DNA of 64,000 bases from Octopus sinensis (Eukaryota). A model generated the notes under the pieces. The model searched no databases. It was not told where the DNA came from and worked only from the letters and a program-made list of their open reading frames with translations. The stretch covers positions 129,518,001 to 129,582,000 of the forward strand of contig NC_043001.1 in NCBI RefSeq assembly GCF_006345805.1. The letters are read 5' to 3'. Both the position numbers and the translations under genes were made by a program. Positions 23,229 to 38,158 of this stretch are shown in pieces (the first letter of the stretch is position 1; each line of letters begins with the position of its first letter).

Positions 23229-25530
23229 CATCTATTGCACACACACACACACATATATATAAATACAGTGTACATTTGGCTTTCCTGCTGATGAGAGCTT
23301 TGCCTAGCAAATTACTTTATTTGCTGAAGAGAGCTTCAAACCAGGAAATAGATGGTAAATGTTTTTATTTTTCATTTCCTTTCGAAGTTAGCCCTAATAG
23401 TGGTTTGGATTTTAACTACTCCTTCTAGCGGGTTAGATGTCCTATTATGGCCATCTCTTATGTGTTTGAATGTACATCGCCTTTATATGAATAATATATA
23501 GTCTATTGACTAGTTTTTCCACACGCTAGGCTACTGGTAATAAGAAAAAAAATTCTAAATAATCTTTTACTACCCTGAAATTTATAATTAATAATAATAA
23601 TAATATATATATATGTATACATACTAGTCACAATGCGTTCGCATTGTTTTAGCCTTCGAATGACGCCACCCCGCTGGCTAGGCGAGCAGGCCAATATATA
23701 TATATATATAAAACAGCAGTAAGTGTGTGTGTGTGTGTAAGTGTGTGTGTGTGTGTGTGTAAGTGTGTGTGCATGTGTACGTAAAATTTACTACAATAAA
23801 GAAGAAAATGTAATGACCATTATTTATGCCTTGTCTTTGTATATATATATATATATGTATATATCTTTATATGTATAGAAATGGCTGTGTGGTTTTGGAT
23901 GTGGTCCAACTGGACATGGCCTATGGTGTCTTCTGTTATCACCCTAGGTCAACCACTAGGTCTTGTGAGGGTATTTGGTAAACAGAAACCATGAAGCCAT
24001 GGTAAACAGGAAGCCATGTGTATGTGTGAATTTGTGTTTGTATGCTCTTTCAGAGACCTGTGGAATAAAAAAAAATCTTTTACTTGACAAAACAGGTAAG
24101 GATGATGACAGAAATACCATTCATCCATAAAATCCTTCTACACATAACTCTTGTCTAAACCTATGCTAGCATAAAAGAAAACAATAAAAATAAAAAGACA
24201 GATATTAGGCAAAGGAATATCTGTATGTGTGTGTCTTTCTCGAATACTATGGAATGGTCTATGGTGAAGCTAGGTTTGGGTAAGAGTGAAGAAATACTAT
24301 CTTGATCAAAACAATAGATTCATATTTCGAAAATAAAGAAGGTAAAATGGGATAAGAGATAAACAATAATAAACATTAAAAAAAAAAAACACAACTTAAA
24401 TGAATCCTGAGAGAAGAAAAGAGCTGACATTAATTTGAAGTTTTGAAAAAAGAGTCATTCCTTTGATTGGTGCAAGTTTTCTGGTAAATTTGAAAGAGAG
24501 AATCTAGATAAGATGGAAGAGCAGAATGAAAGTGCAAAGAGCAAAGTAAAGTAAACAAGAAAGAGAGAAAGAAAGAAAGAAAATCAGACAATGAAATGAT
24601 ATATGTGTATATGTGTGCATGTGTATATACACATATATGAATATATGCACACACACACATATAGATATATCACATATATGCATACATATATATACACACA
24701 TATATATATATATATACACACACAAACATAATTATGTGCATATATATATTTATATATATACACACTCACACATATTAATATATCCTCATATATATATATG
24801 CACATATATACATATGTATATATATATATACACACACACACATATATAAATATGTGCATATATATATATACATATATATATATACACACACACATATATA
24901 AATATATGCATGCACACACATACGAACACACACACTCACACACACATATCTCTATATGAGCACACACACACACACACATACATGCACAAATATACAAACA
25001 CACATTGTTAGAACAAAGGAGACAACATTGAACTAACAACTTGAGGCTTTCACAGTACACAGAATATCTAAATATCTACCATGTCTATGATCAGAGATCA
25101 GAGAATGGAAAGCTTGTTCCAAACCCATCCTAGAATCTCTTCAAGATAGAAATGGTAAACAAAACACTTAAAGAAGAATTCTGATGGCAACGAGGTTATC
25201 TTAAGTTGAATATGTTCTGAAGAGATATAGGAAAACAGCATTATAGTTTCATATTTTGTTATTTTTCTGGCAGGAAAAATAAAAGAACAAAAAAGTACAA
25301 ATATAGTCAACGATATTCTATCCCTGGTGAAGCCAAAAATATAAGCATGTATAATGTTTAAGCATGAATATAAGTCTATACACACACACGCACACAAAAA
25401 CATCATCATCATCTTTTTAATATCCACTTTTCCATGCTTGCATGGGTCACAGAGAATTTGCTGAAGTGAACTTTCTACAGACAAATGCCTTTCCTGTCAC
25501 CAACCCTCACCTGCTTTCCCATGGCCAGAC

Positions 25531-25565
<35 letters not shown>

Positions 25566-25644
25566 CGCACGCACACTTGAGCCAATGAAACATTCTTATG
25601 TGGCTATTTGACCTTCTAGAAATAGCAGCCAGATTTCTTTCATA

Positions 25645-26343
25645 TTTGGGTCATCCCATAAATAAGACAGTTTTTTTATACTTCTTTTATTTTTCAAAAT
25701 TATGATAAACAAAGTTCTTCTTTAATCTAAAATATACTCTCCTTCATTCTCTACAATGCTCTTCTACCTGTCTGGTAGACTTGCAAGGCTCCTCTTTCCA
25801 AAATTCACTTGTCCATGATGAAAAGTACTCCTCTAGTAATGTTCTGACTTCATCTACAGAATTCATATTTTTTCCATTCAAATGATTTTGAAGACTGCAG
25901 AATAAATGATAATCAGATGGGGCAATGTCCAGCGAATATGGTAGTTGGGGCATCGTTTTCCATTCAAACTGCTCCAGCCTTTGGAATGTCATCCTTGCTG
26001 TATGTGGCCAAGCATTATCCTGATGGAAGAACACCTTTCATCTTGAAACCAAAGATAATCATTTTTATTCTAGTGCTGATTTGGTTGAATAATCAAATCT
26101 AAGCTTCTCTGCTAGTTCATCAACAGTTACATTGGGATTTTGTTCCACCAGGGTTTGCAGAACATCCTCCTTGAGCTCTTCAGATCTTCCAGTATGAGGC
26201 TCATCTTCTAGGCTGTCGTTTCCAGCTAAGAATTTCTGGAACCATCGTTGACACTGGCATACACTTATTGTCCGATCCCCATATACTGCATTAATATTCC
26301 TTGCACTTTTCATTGCGTTGTTGCCTTTATTGACTGCAGACAT
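25645..26343 (-). pseudogene. Mariner transposase remnant, internally deleted and 5'-truncated
   Basis: ORFs 26065..26343 (HTH region, QRWFQKF..SLEDEPHTGR) and 25744..26034 (HQDNAWPH..PYSLDIAPSDYHLF). Confidence 0.9.
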
Positions 26344-26536
26344 ATTGGAGCACTACCTTTAGTCAAAGAAATCAACCTTGGGACTTGTTCTTTGTAAGCC
26401 TAGTACTTATTCTATTGGTCTTTTTTGTTGAACCACTTAGTTATAGGGATGTAAACACACCAATTTTGGTTGTCAACGATGGTGAGGGGACAAATACACA
26501 CACACACACATAAATATATACATACATATAACATAT

Positions 26537-26567
<31 letters not shown>

Positions 26568-26572
26568 CTATG

Positions 26573-26603
<31 letters not shown>

Positions 26604-26605
26604 GT

Positions 26606-26698
<93 letters not shown>

Positions 26699-26894
26699 AT
26701 TCTTGAAGGATTTTTTATTGGTTATATTTACATGAAGTATCTCAATGTTACGTTCTTTGATTATCTCCCTTGAAAACACGTTCATCGTTTGCACATAACC
26801 CATGGTGGCGTTGCTGCTTACAAAGTTTATTTTCGTTTCTCTATTAGTAATTTTACTCTCATATCTATCTTAAAATGAGCTGCTTGGTGGAGGT

Positions 26895-27390
26895 CTGCGG
26901 AGGATGACATGACAAGACTTAACTGTTGGGATCGACTCAAAAAGCTCAGACTTTGCTCCCTCCACCACCGCTGTGAGCTTTATATCTTCTGTATGATGTG
27001 GAAAATATTCCATCAACATTGGCCATCTTTAAAATTCGTCCGAGGCTTGGTCCCCATGCCATCTGTCCACTACAGAAATATCCATGTCGTATCACAACAC
27101 TATGACAGAACTATTTCACCTCAACTGGCCCTGCTCTCTTCAACATCGTGCCATACACACATAAAGGAGGAAAGTGACTTTACGTCATTAAAACAATCCC
27201 TAGATGGTTACCCACAACAAATACCAGATAAACCGACCACACTCAGATATGTCTCTGAAAACAATAACCCTCTGCTTGAATGGGCTAAGGTTCCTCAGAG
27301 CTGACTCTGTGTATCTCTTCCAGGTGGTGCTATTAAATTAGACATGGCCTGAGTCAACTTTGGCCAAAACTTATCTAAGTAATCTAATCT
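26895..27390 (+). pseudogene. CR1/L2-like LINE 3' remnant
   Basis: LNCWDRLKKLRLCSLHHR.. resembles the CR1-group LSYWDRLxxLxLYSLQRRR motif; ends in a taatctaatcta tail. Confidence 0.65.
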
Positions 27391-28879
27391 ATGCCGTAAC
27401 CTTTTAATCAAAGCATGACAACATGAGTAGAGGCTGATATCTTAACATTTCTGGTGGTCTTAAGTATAAAAAAAAATTATTAAAGATTTATATAGAACTA
27501 CATTCAGAGTATGTCTATAAGCTATTGTGTTTAGATCTGGTTTCTGTCTTCAAACAGTTCCATTTTGTAGATGCAATTTTTTTATTAATAAAGCATTCCA
27601 AAATTAGAAAAATCAAAAATCTGCAACAATCTCGGTCCCATGAGTATCAGATAATGGATTTTCAACAGTGTAAAGAAACTGATTGTGGTGAAAGCAGAGA
27701 CAGTGTTGATGATGATGATGGTCAAGATAAGTATGGGAGGAGGATAAAATAGTATCAGTGGTTATAATGGCGACAGGAGTGGTGTGATGCTGAGGTGATG
27801 GTGGTAATAGTGGTGTTGATGAAAGTGTTAGTTGTGTGATGGTGGTATTGTTGTGGTTATACTGGCTGTGGTGGTGGAAGTGACTGTCAAGGTAACCATC
27901 ATGATAATGTTGATGGCGGTGTATGTGGTTGAAGTGGAAGCAATGACAATGCTGCTGATGATGTTGGTGGTTGTGGTGGTGATTGCGATATGGTGGTGGT
28001 GGTGGTGGTTGTCGTCGTCATCGTCGTCATCATCATCATCATCATAGTGCTGCTCCTGCTGGTTTGGCGGAGGTCTGCGCTCTCCGAGTGCTTTTCTAGT
28101 TTTGTTCTTTTTTTTTTTTTTGCAATACTATGCTGACTTTATTTATCAACTTTGTTTACTTTACATTCTTTGCACCCTATACTCTCATCTCATCTTCATA
28201 CAATCTTTTCTTCTTTCTTCTCTTTCACCCTCTTTCTCTATGTCTCCCATTTACCATTCTTATTTATTTCTCCCTAGCTCCTTTCCCTCATCTCTCAACT
28301 TGTTCTATCTTTCTCTCTCTTTCTTTCTGTCTCCATCCTCTATATCTGATATATATATAATGTTTTGCTCTTTTTTCCCCATACTCTCCTTTCCTCACAA
28401 CTCTCTTTTTTTGACTACATTGATGCAAACACTCACCTCATCTCCACTTTCTCCTCTCTCATCTTTTTGACGAAGGGTTTACACCCAATTTTTAACCAAT
28501 TCTTTTCATTTTGCATTGGTTAAATGAATACTGTTGATTTGGCTGTTTTGTTTATTCATTTCAGTCAAAACCCTCAAACTGTTTACTATTTGTTCTCTTG
28601 ATCTCTACTATAAAAGCAACTATCTTCCGTATACTATTTGTGATGTTGAAAAACTTTAATTATTGTACACAGTTTGTTTCTGAATATTTCCAGAGATTCT
28701 TGTACACTTGTTATCTTCTTGTCCCATGGTACCAAAAACACATTGTCCTCTGTTTTGTTCTGTTCTGCTTTTATTAAAGCTATCCCTGGTAGAATTCACT
28801 TTAAATACACTAGCATACTGTCACATTGTTACACTGCCAAACTGCCAAACTCCAGTCAACAACTGATGAACAGATATGA

Positions 28880-28943
28880 TACACATACATATAATATATT
28901 ATATATATATAATATATATATATATATAATATCATATATATAT

Positions 28944-28995
<52 letters not shown>

Positions 28996-29122
28996 CATAA
29001 TATATACATTAATATATATACATAGATATATAACATACATATATATCCATAATATATATACATATATATATACATATATATACAATATATCTATACATAT
29101 ATATATATATATACACACATAT

Positions 29123-29154
<32 letters not shown>

Positions 29155-29443
29155 CTATATATATACATATATATATTATATATATACATGATGATGATAT
29201 ATATACCAAAGTATATATCTATATATATATATATTACATATATATATATATTATAATAATATATATATTACATATATATATATATATATATTAAATATAT
29301 ATACATATATATAATATATATACATATATACATATATACATATATATATATATTATATTACATATATATAATATATATACATATATATATATACATTATA
29401 TATATATATATATAATATAATATATATATATACATATATATAC

Positions 29444-29476
<33 letters not shown>

Positions 29477-29620
29477 CATATATATACCTATATATATATA
29501 TATAATATATATACAGATATATATATATATATATATAGATATCTATATATATATATATATATAATATTTACACCCAACCCACACCACACCCACACGTGTA
29601 TATATATATATATATATACA
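28880..29620. repeat. Long (TA)n-based microsatellite
   Basis: About 740 bp of interrupted TA. Confidence 0.95.
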
Positions 29621-30234
29621 AATGTATTATTTGACCGTAAGGTTATATTGATTCAAGGGCCAAGAGTCTAGTGAAGTGCACTTATGCACATGTGTATATA
29701 TAGTGTATATATTGTGTATGTATATATATAATATATATATATATATAAACACATACAAACACATGCACATTTATACATACAGAAGAATTTTATATCAGTT
29801 CATGTCTATTGACAATGGAGGACAAAATAACCAAACAAGCAGATTTGGTTTGTCTTTTGACATGTTACCAATATTTTTCCATTGGGTGACTGCTGTATAT
29901 ATTCTTCTGAGAATAATGTACTCTAATATAGTTTCTCTTTCTCTTGTGATTTTATTTAAATTTTCAATTTCTTTTGTCTATTTTTTCTCTTTCTTTCAAT
30001 TTCTGTTAGCTTTTCCATTCTCTCTTTTCTTTCTTTTTTGTTTGTTGTTGTTGTTTCATGAATGACATCCACTTGACTTGCTTTGAAATTCTGTTTAACA
30101 AACAATTTTCCACAGCTATCAACAACAACAACAGTAACAACACAAACATGTATTTTTATATACTATGATCCTGTGGGTGTGTAAACATGTGTATGTGAGA
30201 GCAAGGTAGAGGCAGGTTGGACGGATGGATAGAT

Positions 30235-30389
30235 AGATAGACAGAGCAATCAGTCAATCAATAGATAGACAGACAGACAGATAGATTGACAGATAGATAG
30301 ATAGATAGATAGATGATAAATAGATAGATAGATAGATAGATAGATGATAGATTAATGGATAGATAGATAGATAGATAGATAGATTAGAT

Positions 30390-30428
<39 letters not shown>

Positions 30429-30505
30429 GATAAATAGATGGATAGATAGATAGATAGATTAGATGATAGACAGATAGATAGATAGATAGATAGATAGATA
30501 TAGAT

Positions 30506-30543
<38 letters not shown>

Positions 30544-30753
30544 GATAAATAGATGGATAGATAGATAGATGATAGATCGATGGATAGATAGATAGATAGA
30601 TGATAGATAGATCAAGAGATAAATAGATGAATAGATGGCTGGATGGATAGATAAATAAATAGTCAGACAGAGAGACAGACAGACAGGCAGATAGATAAAT
30701 AGACAGACAGACAAACAAACTGATAGATAAATAGATGAATAGACGGCTGGATG

Positions 30754-30799
<46 letters not shown>

Positions 30800-30800
30800 C
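30235..30800. repeat. (GATA)n/(GACA)n tetranucleotide array
   Basis: Direct inspection; the source of the LSIY-repeat ORFs. Confidence 0.95.
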
Positions 30801-31055
30801 ACAAACAGAGATGTACAGAATACTCTTGTGTGTATTTGTGCTTTCTAAATACAGACATCAAAGTCAATGTTCTCTGTGGAAATATGACAGCTAAGGATCT
30901 TTGAGATTTTTGGTTTGGACTAACTTCACTCACTTATGATAAAAACCTTGTTTGGTTTTCAAAGACATGAAATGCAAAACGTTAAAGAGTTGGCGTGGTT
31001 GCAGTTCATTTTCTTTGACAAAAACAGAAAGAAGGAAAGAAAAAACAAAAATAAA

Positions 31056-31155
31056 NNNNNNNNNNNNNNNNNNNNNNNNNNNNNNNNNNNNNNNNNNNNN
31101 NNNNNNNNNNNNNNNNNNNNNNNNNNNNNNNNNNNNNNNNNNNNNNNNNNNNNNN
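31056..31155. other. Assembly gap (100 N)
   Basis: Run of exactly 100 n. Confidence 0.99.
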
Positions 31156-31939
31156 GGTTGTGGGTAGGAATAGGAGGTAGGGTGCTGAGGTAGTGAGAGA
31201 GAGAGAGAGAGAGAAATGGAAAAATGGAGGATTAGAGAGGAGATTGGAGAGATGAGAGAGAGAGTGAGAAAGAGAGAGGAGAGAGGGGGATATGTAGAGA
31301 GGCACAAGTAGTAGTAAGTAATAGTGAGAGAGAAATAGATGTGGTGAAAGAGACATAGATATGGTTGAGATGGACAGAGGTAGCAAAGGAGGGGGGAAGG
31401 GGGAGAGGTAGTAGGGAAGCAGGAGTATATGCATGAGAGGGCCATGAGTATGAGAGATGGGGAGGAATGATGCAGAAAGGGAATTGTTGCAATAAGAGTA
31501 GTATGAGGGAAATATTGTGGGGGTGGGGGGTGGGGGCAGAGGTAGCAGTGAAGAGAAAGTGAGGGGGGGGGTTAGGATTAGAATATGTAAAGAGAGAGAA
31601 GAAGCAGTGAGAGGAAGGGAAGAGGAGTGATAGACAGGAGGCAGAAGTAGTGAGGAGGAGAAGGTGGAGGACAGTGAAAGAGAGAAGAGGAAGATGTAAA
31701 GAGAGGAGAGAGGTGTGTGAGAAAGAGGACTAAGGTAGTAGAGAGAGAGAAAGTAAAGGAGTGAAAGGAGGGATGTAGGAAGAAAGAAGTTGTGAGGGGA
31801 GGTGAAGTAATAGAAAGGTGGGCAGAGGCCAGTGGTAAAAGATGAAAAGAAAAGGAAAAGGAAATATAGTGAGAAATAGATGAGATAGATATAGGGGTCA
31901 GAGGTAATGTTGAGTGTGCAGAATATTCTCAACTCTCTT

Positions 31940-32235
31940 ACAGGATATGCTAATAGCATTGGCTATTTGATTTATAGTTAATCACCTGTCATCATTAGCA
32001 TGATGTTTTCTTTGGTGGTGGCACTTGCAGGATGTCCAGATCTTGGTCATCTTCAAGACTCTCCCTTTCTCGCCTAAATTCAACTGCCCACTTTTGCAGT
32101 TGATAAATCAAGAGCATCATCACCCTATTGTAGCAACCATATCAGCATGAATGTCCTTGGGAGCTAAGGTACTTGATAACACCATGATGCCAAATTTTAA
32201 ATATGAAAGGGAAGCTGATCTCTGTCCATAGCAAT
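31940..32235 (-). pseudogene. Mariner transposase N-terminal remnant
   Basis: Minus strand: HHGVIKYL..PKDIHADMVAT..WAVEFRRERESLEDD..SGHPASATT, with frameshifts. Confidence 0.75.
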
Positions 32236-33560
32236 AAATATGTGAAGGAGGGGAAGAAAGAAAGGAGAAAAGTTATTGTTGAGAGAGAAATACAATGAGA
32301 TAGACATTGTGTGAAAGATAGATAGAAAGGAACTAACAATTAAAAATGTAGGAATTTTGAGTCCAAGTCTGTCAACACAACACAACACAGACTTCAAAAA
32401 AAAAAGATAATTGTTTTTGGTTGCTTGTGTGTATGTGTGTCTATGTGTTTCTGAATGTCTTCCAGCATAAATACAACACAGCACAAACCTTAAAAGAGAC
32501 TTCCACTATGACGACAAGTTGCTGCTATTGAGAGTGAAATTTAGTGAGAAACTGAGAGTGTGTTAAATATAAAATTAAAATTTGTTTCAAGAAAAAACAA
32601 GTTGTCATTCTTGTTGCTGAGAGAAAAATATAGCGAAGGAGGGAGGGAGAGAGAGAGATTGTGTGGTGTGTGTAAAAAATAGGTAGATAGGTAGACTGTT
32701 GCAGTGGCAGCTCGTGATATAGGCACTGTGGAATTGCAGCACCCACTATTTCCAACACGATATTATTGATAACATTCAATATAATGAGTCCTTTTTTCTT
32801 TAATTCTTTCTTTACACTTATACATTATGTAATCCTTAAGTTTAATATCAGTAGCCATCCCTTAGTTTAAGAAAAAAATACAAAAATCCTTGTATAGAAC
32901 TGTGTGCTTTATAGTTCCAGTGATGCAGTGTTTGGCCATTGTGCCCATGCTCACATGTCCAAGATAGGAAGCTTCATGTTAGGGGGAGAGAGCACTGCAT
33001 GAATGATGGTGCCAGGTGAAAGGTAATGTTTCTTTTTGACTCTGCATGTGTTGTGCTTAATTCTTGAATGTGATTAAGTGTAGAATTAGATTATTATCCT
33101 GCTTCCAGCTTCAGTGTTGCTGTCAGGTTTGAACATAGGGCACATTTCCACCCCTTATTTTGTGATCTAGGGGTGATTTTTGAAAAACAAGGGGGAATTT
33201 GCAGTGGTCTTCAGTGAACAAATTAAACACACTACCTGGCAGTGGCTAAAACGCGAACCTATCAAGTTTATGTATAAATTTTCTTTTTATGCTTGTTTCC
33301 TTTTACACATTATTAAAACAATGGTTAAAAATTTTCTGAAACAGCTCCACAACTAAATTTATCCACAAGCCACCACTGGAATGTTGTCACCATAGTAACT
33401 AATAAGACTTTCACTATATAACAGTCTACTATCAAAAGAAGGTACATGTATGATTAACAATTTTTTTTTTTTTACTACCAGTACAGCAATAAGTAAAGAC
33501 CTACTGTTGTTCATTTTCAAAAGAAGTCAATGAAATTGATAACATTGAGGACATAGGCAC

Positions 33561-34083
33561 AGGAGTTGGTGCGTGGTAAGTAGCTTGCTTACCAACCACA
33601 TGGGTCTGGGTTCAATCCCACTGTGTCGCATCTTGGACAAGTGTCTTCTGCTATAGTCTTTAGAAACACATAGACACACATACACACACACACACAGTTT
33701 CCATCTACCAAATTTATTCACAGGTTCTGGTTGACCCAAGGCTATAGAAGAAGACACTTGCCCAAGATGCCACACAGTGGGATTGAACCCAGAACCATGT
33801 GGCTGGTAAGCAAGCTACTTACCAAGTTATATATATATATATAATATATATATGTATGTATGTGTATATGCATTTGTGATTGTGTCCCCATCATCACTTG
33901 ATAACCGAAGTTGGTGTGTTTATGTCCCTGTAACTTAGCGGTTCGGCAAAAGAGACTGATAGAATAAGTACTAGGCTTACAAAGAGTAAGTCCTGGGGTT
34001 GATTTGCTCGATTAAAGATCGTGCTCCAGCATGGCCACAGTCAAATGACTGAAACAAGTAAAAGTGTAAAAGAGTAAAAGAGT
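33561..34083 (+). mobile_element. SINE family A with an internal inverted duplication of the head
   Basis: Plus head 33561-33657, inverted head/CORE copy at about 33697-33825, then TA run and plus-strand tail. Confidence 0.85.
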
Positions 34084-34084
34084 A

Positions 34085-34123
<39 letters not shown>

Positions 34124-34540
34124 ACATTAAACTCTTTTGTATATCTCTAAGACATTCCTCAAGTTTTAACGAGTGAAGCCAAAACTTTTGTCTGTTTGAT
34201 CAAGTGTTAAAGTATAATGTGTATGTGTGTGTTTATGTGTGTGTATGTACATGCTTATGTTTTAGCATGTCTAAGAGTACATCTATGCATAGATGTACAT
34301 TGGCTCAAAATTACATGTACACAATTAAATGTACAAAATGTTACATTTGCTCAAAATTATGCATTCATATGCATAAAACACACACACACACATACATACA
34401 TACATACATATACACATTCACATGCATGAAACAAATGTTTATACTCTATTCCTGGCATCGAGCACTTTTTCCTTTTGTTTATAACTGAAATTCGTATGTA
34501 TATATGTATACATATGTATGGTATATGTGTGGGTGTTTTA

Positions 34541-34623
<83 letters not shown>

Positions 34624-36544
34624 ATAATATATATATATTATATATATATATATATTTATATTTATATTTTATATATTTATATTTATATATATATATATTT
34701 ATATATTATATATTTATATTTATTATATATATATATCTATCTATGTATGTATGTGTATGTCTGTGAGGTGTGTGTGTATATATATGTATATATGTATGTG
34801 CATGTGTGTGTGTGTGTGTGCATGTGTGTGTGAGAGGATACATTAATACATAAAACTATTACATAAATATGCAAGAATTACATTAAGTTTTAATGAGCAA
34901 ATAGAAAAAACACACTTTGTCAAAAGTCTTGATGCTGTTTGATCATGTGCTAAAGTATATGTTTGAATGTGTGTTTGGGTTTAATACGTATGTGTGAATT
35001 TGTGCATGAGCATATATGTTTTATGTAGAAGTGTGTGTATGTATATATATATATATACTATATATATATATATATATATACATATATATAAATGCTGATA
35101 TGAGTGTTTATAAAAGTGGATCTAAGCAGAAATAAATACATGAACCAGTGTAAACGAATGCACATATATGTGGTAGTGTACGAGAATGCATGTGTGATAT
35201 GGCTGTACATTTCTTGTGATTATTTAGGTGCATGATATGTGTGTGTGTGTGTGTATGTGTGTGTGTGTGTGCATGCATATGTGTGCATGTGCTTATGTGT
35301 GTGTATGTACATGTATATACACAAACTGACAAAGAGCAAAGGATATACACATGTATATGCTTAAACAAAGCATGCATATGTATATATATATATATATATA
35401 TATGTATACTTACATACATGCGTATATATATATATAGTTGCATGCACATACTTAACATAATGCACACACACATACATATATATATATATACACAATACAT
35501 ACATATGCATGCTTATATATATATATATTTTTTTTCTCCTTATTGTATCCTTTCTGTTCAACCCTTGATATATATATATATATATATATGCATATACATA
35601 GATATGTATGTAAACATACATGCATATACATATATGTACATACACACATATAAAGGCATACATACAGACATATGTATGTATACATACAGACATATGTATG
35701 TATACATACAGACATATATATGTGTACATACACACATCTATATGTATACATACATACACACACATACACATGCACAAACACACACACACACACATATGTG
35801 TGCCTGTGTTTGGGTGGGTGTGTAAAATCTTATGTAAGTCATACAAGAACTACATAAAGTTTTTCCAATTGCATGCAGAAACACACCTTGTGAAAAATCT
35901 CGTCTCCATTTGATGTAGCACAACATATGCAAGTCTATGTTTCAGTGTGCATGCGTATACACATGTGAACGCATGCATGTGTGTGCAAAAGTGCTACTGT
36001 GTGATAATGAGTGGATTGTGAATCTTTATTTCATTTAGTCTTGTCTAGCATGGAATTATTTTGTTTCTTCAGTGTTGGTAAAAATTTATCAAAACAAAAA
36101 AATACAAGAAATAAAAAAAAAAAAAAATCAATCATTGGAAATTTCTGGAACTAAAATTACATTCTTCAATAGTTTAAATTTGTCTCAAAAATGTCAAAAT
36201 TTTTCTTCTGCCCATCACCTGTCACCACCCATCTTCTTTTTCACCTGTTTAATATAATTTTCTTCTAGTTTGCTTTCTGATCGAGCAGTGTGATTACTAA
36301 ATCATTGCTTATTGTTGTTTTGATGCTTTTTTATGCATTTCTTCTTATTGTTATTTTCCTCCTCTTGACTTTTAAATATTTTTTAATGTATATTTTTTAT
36401 TTTTATTATTTTACTATTTAGTTGTGTTAAAAACAAAACAAAAGAAAAAAAACAAACAACTACGAAAACAAATGAAACAAGAACAGCGGTGACAGTAACA
36501 ACAACAACAACAACAACAACCATAAAAATAAACTTTTGTTTCAG

Positions 36545-36606
36545 CCTGTTTTAATCTTTCATACAATGAAAGAAATGTTAATTTTAATGGAATAAATTTA
36601 ATTCAG
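36545..36606 (+). other. Candidate 62-nt coding exon (xCFNLSYNERNVNFNGINLIQ)
   Basis: aaacttttgtttcAG acceptor and perfect CAG/GTAAGT donor; single open frame in non-repetitive sequence; no homology recognised. Confidence 0.3.
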
Positions 36607-37364
36607 GTAAGTGAGTAATTAGGTTATTAAAAATTATACAACACACACACACACACATTCTCTCTCGCTCTCTAAGTCTCTCTATGTCTATCTATCTAAT
36701 TCTCTCCCTCCATCTCCACCACCATCACTACTGAAATACACATTTACATACAGGTATATACATACATATTCATCTGAAACTAATGAACAAACAAGTTTGT
36801 GAATTAACTTTCACTTTCACCAACAGTTTCATAGCAAGGTAATGATGATTGCTAAATGATGATAGTTAAGTGACTTATAGGTGGTAAAGTATTGGTTCCT
36901 CTCTAACGAAGACACCATTTCTAACCCTAATTACACATAGTTAGTGACTCGGTTATTATTCAAATATATTGATACAACTTTCTGTTTTTGGTTGTTTTTA
37001 TTTCTTTGTCTTGTGTTTCTTCTTGTTGGCTTTTGTTTATTAGTTGCTGTTGTTGTTTATTCCTCGGACAGTTCTAACTGAGTAGACCTATGGTCAAAAG
37101 TCAATCTGAGGAAAATTTGGCTGCTATTTTTAAAAAGACGAACGACCACATATAGGCTTCACTGGATTGTTTCACATAAAGAAATGATTGAGGTGGTCAC
37201 AAATAGTTATTTTCACCAACTATACACCACCTGAGAAGAAATGGTGTGTGGTTGATGAAAGTATATAAAAGAATTAATACAAATTTGCTGTAGGTCAGAT
37301 CCTGTATGAAGGTAGCTAAGTTAAAGGAAAAGAAAGTTCAAACATATTTTTATCTAAATACACA

Positions 37365-38040
37365 GGAAAGCTCAAGTAAGTCATAGAAAGTCTAGGTATA
37401 CCGAGGAAAGTTCAAGTAAGCTGAGGTAATATCTGATAAGCCATGGTAATATCTGATAAGCCAAAGTGATATCTGATAAGCCAAGGTAAGTTCAGGTAAG
37501 ATAAGGTAAGCTAAGATAAGAACAGGTATGCCAAAGTAAGAACAGGCAACCTAAGGTAGATTTAGATAAACCAAAGTAAGTTCAGGTAAGATAAAGGAAG
37601 CCAAGGTAAGTTCTGGTAAGATCAAGTAAGCCAAGGTTAGCTCAGGTAAGATCAGTTAAGCCAAGGTAAGTTCAGTTAAACCAAGAGCAGGTAAGCCAAG
37701 GTAAGTTCAGGTAAGATCAGTTAAGCCAAGGTAAGTTCAGTTAAACCAAGAGAAGGTAAGCTAAGGTAAGTTCAGGTAAGTCTAGGTAAGTTCAGGTAAG
37801 TCAAGGTAAGTTCAGGTAAATCAAGGTAAATTCAGGTAAGTCAAGGTAAGTTCAGGTAAATCAAGGTAAATTCAGGTAAGTCAAGGTAAGTTAGGTAAAT
37901 CAAGGTAAATTCAGGTAATTTAAGGTAAGTTCAGGTAATCCAAGATATGTTCAGATAAGTCAAGGTAAGATCAGGTAAACCAAGATAAGATCAGGAAAGC
38001 CAGGTACAATCAGGTAAACCAAGGTAAATTTTAGGTGAGC
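37365..38040 (+). repeat. 10-bp-period satellite (NNNAGGTAAG) with 20-bp higher-order structure
   Basis: Alternating ttcaggtaag and c/tcaaggtaag units; more than 20 exact AGGTAAG counted by eye. Confidence 0.95.
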
Positions 38041-38158
38041 TGCTATAGCATGCTGCCTTAAGGGCAATAGCAATAATATTGATAATTATCATGATCATGA
38101 AAGATAAAGGTGATGATTAAAATAACAATGAAATTGACAGCAATGAGGACATAGGCGC

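Noticed and set aside
23281-23348. tttcctg-CTGATGA-gagc...gctt-caaac-caggaaa hammerhead-like motif
   Set aside because: GAAA is CAAA and there is no stem III or NUH triplet; probably PLE debris.
31156-31930. Purine-rich strand and the 317-aa minus ORF
   Set aside because: Low-complexity GA-rich sequence next to an assembly gap, with no coding signal.
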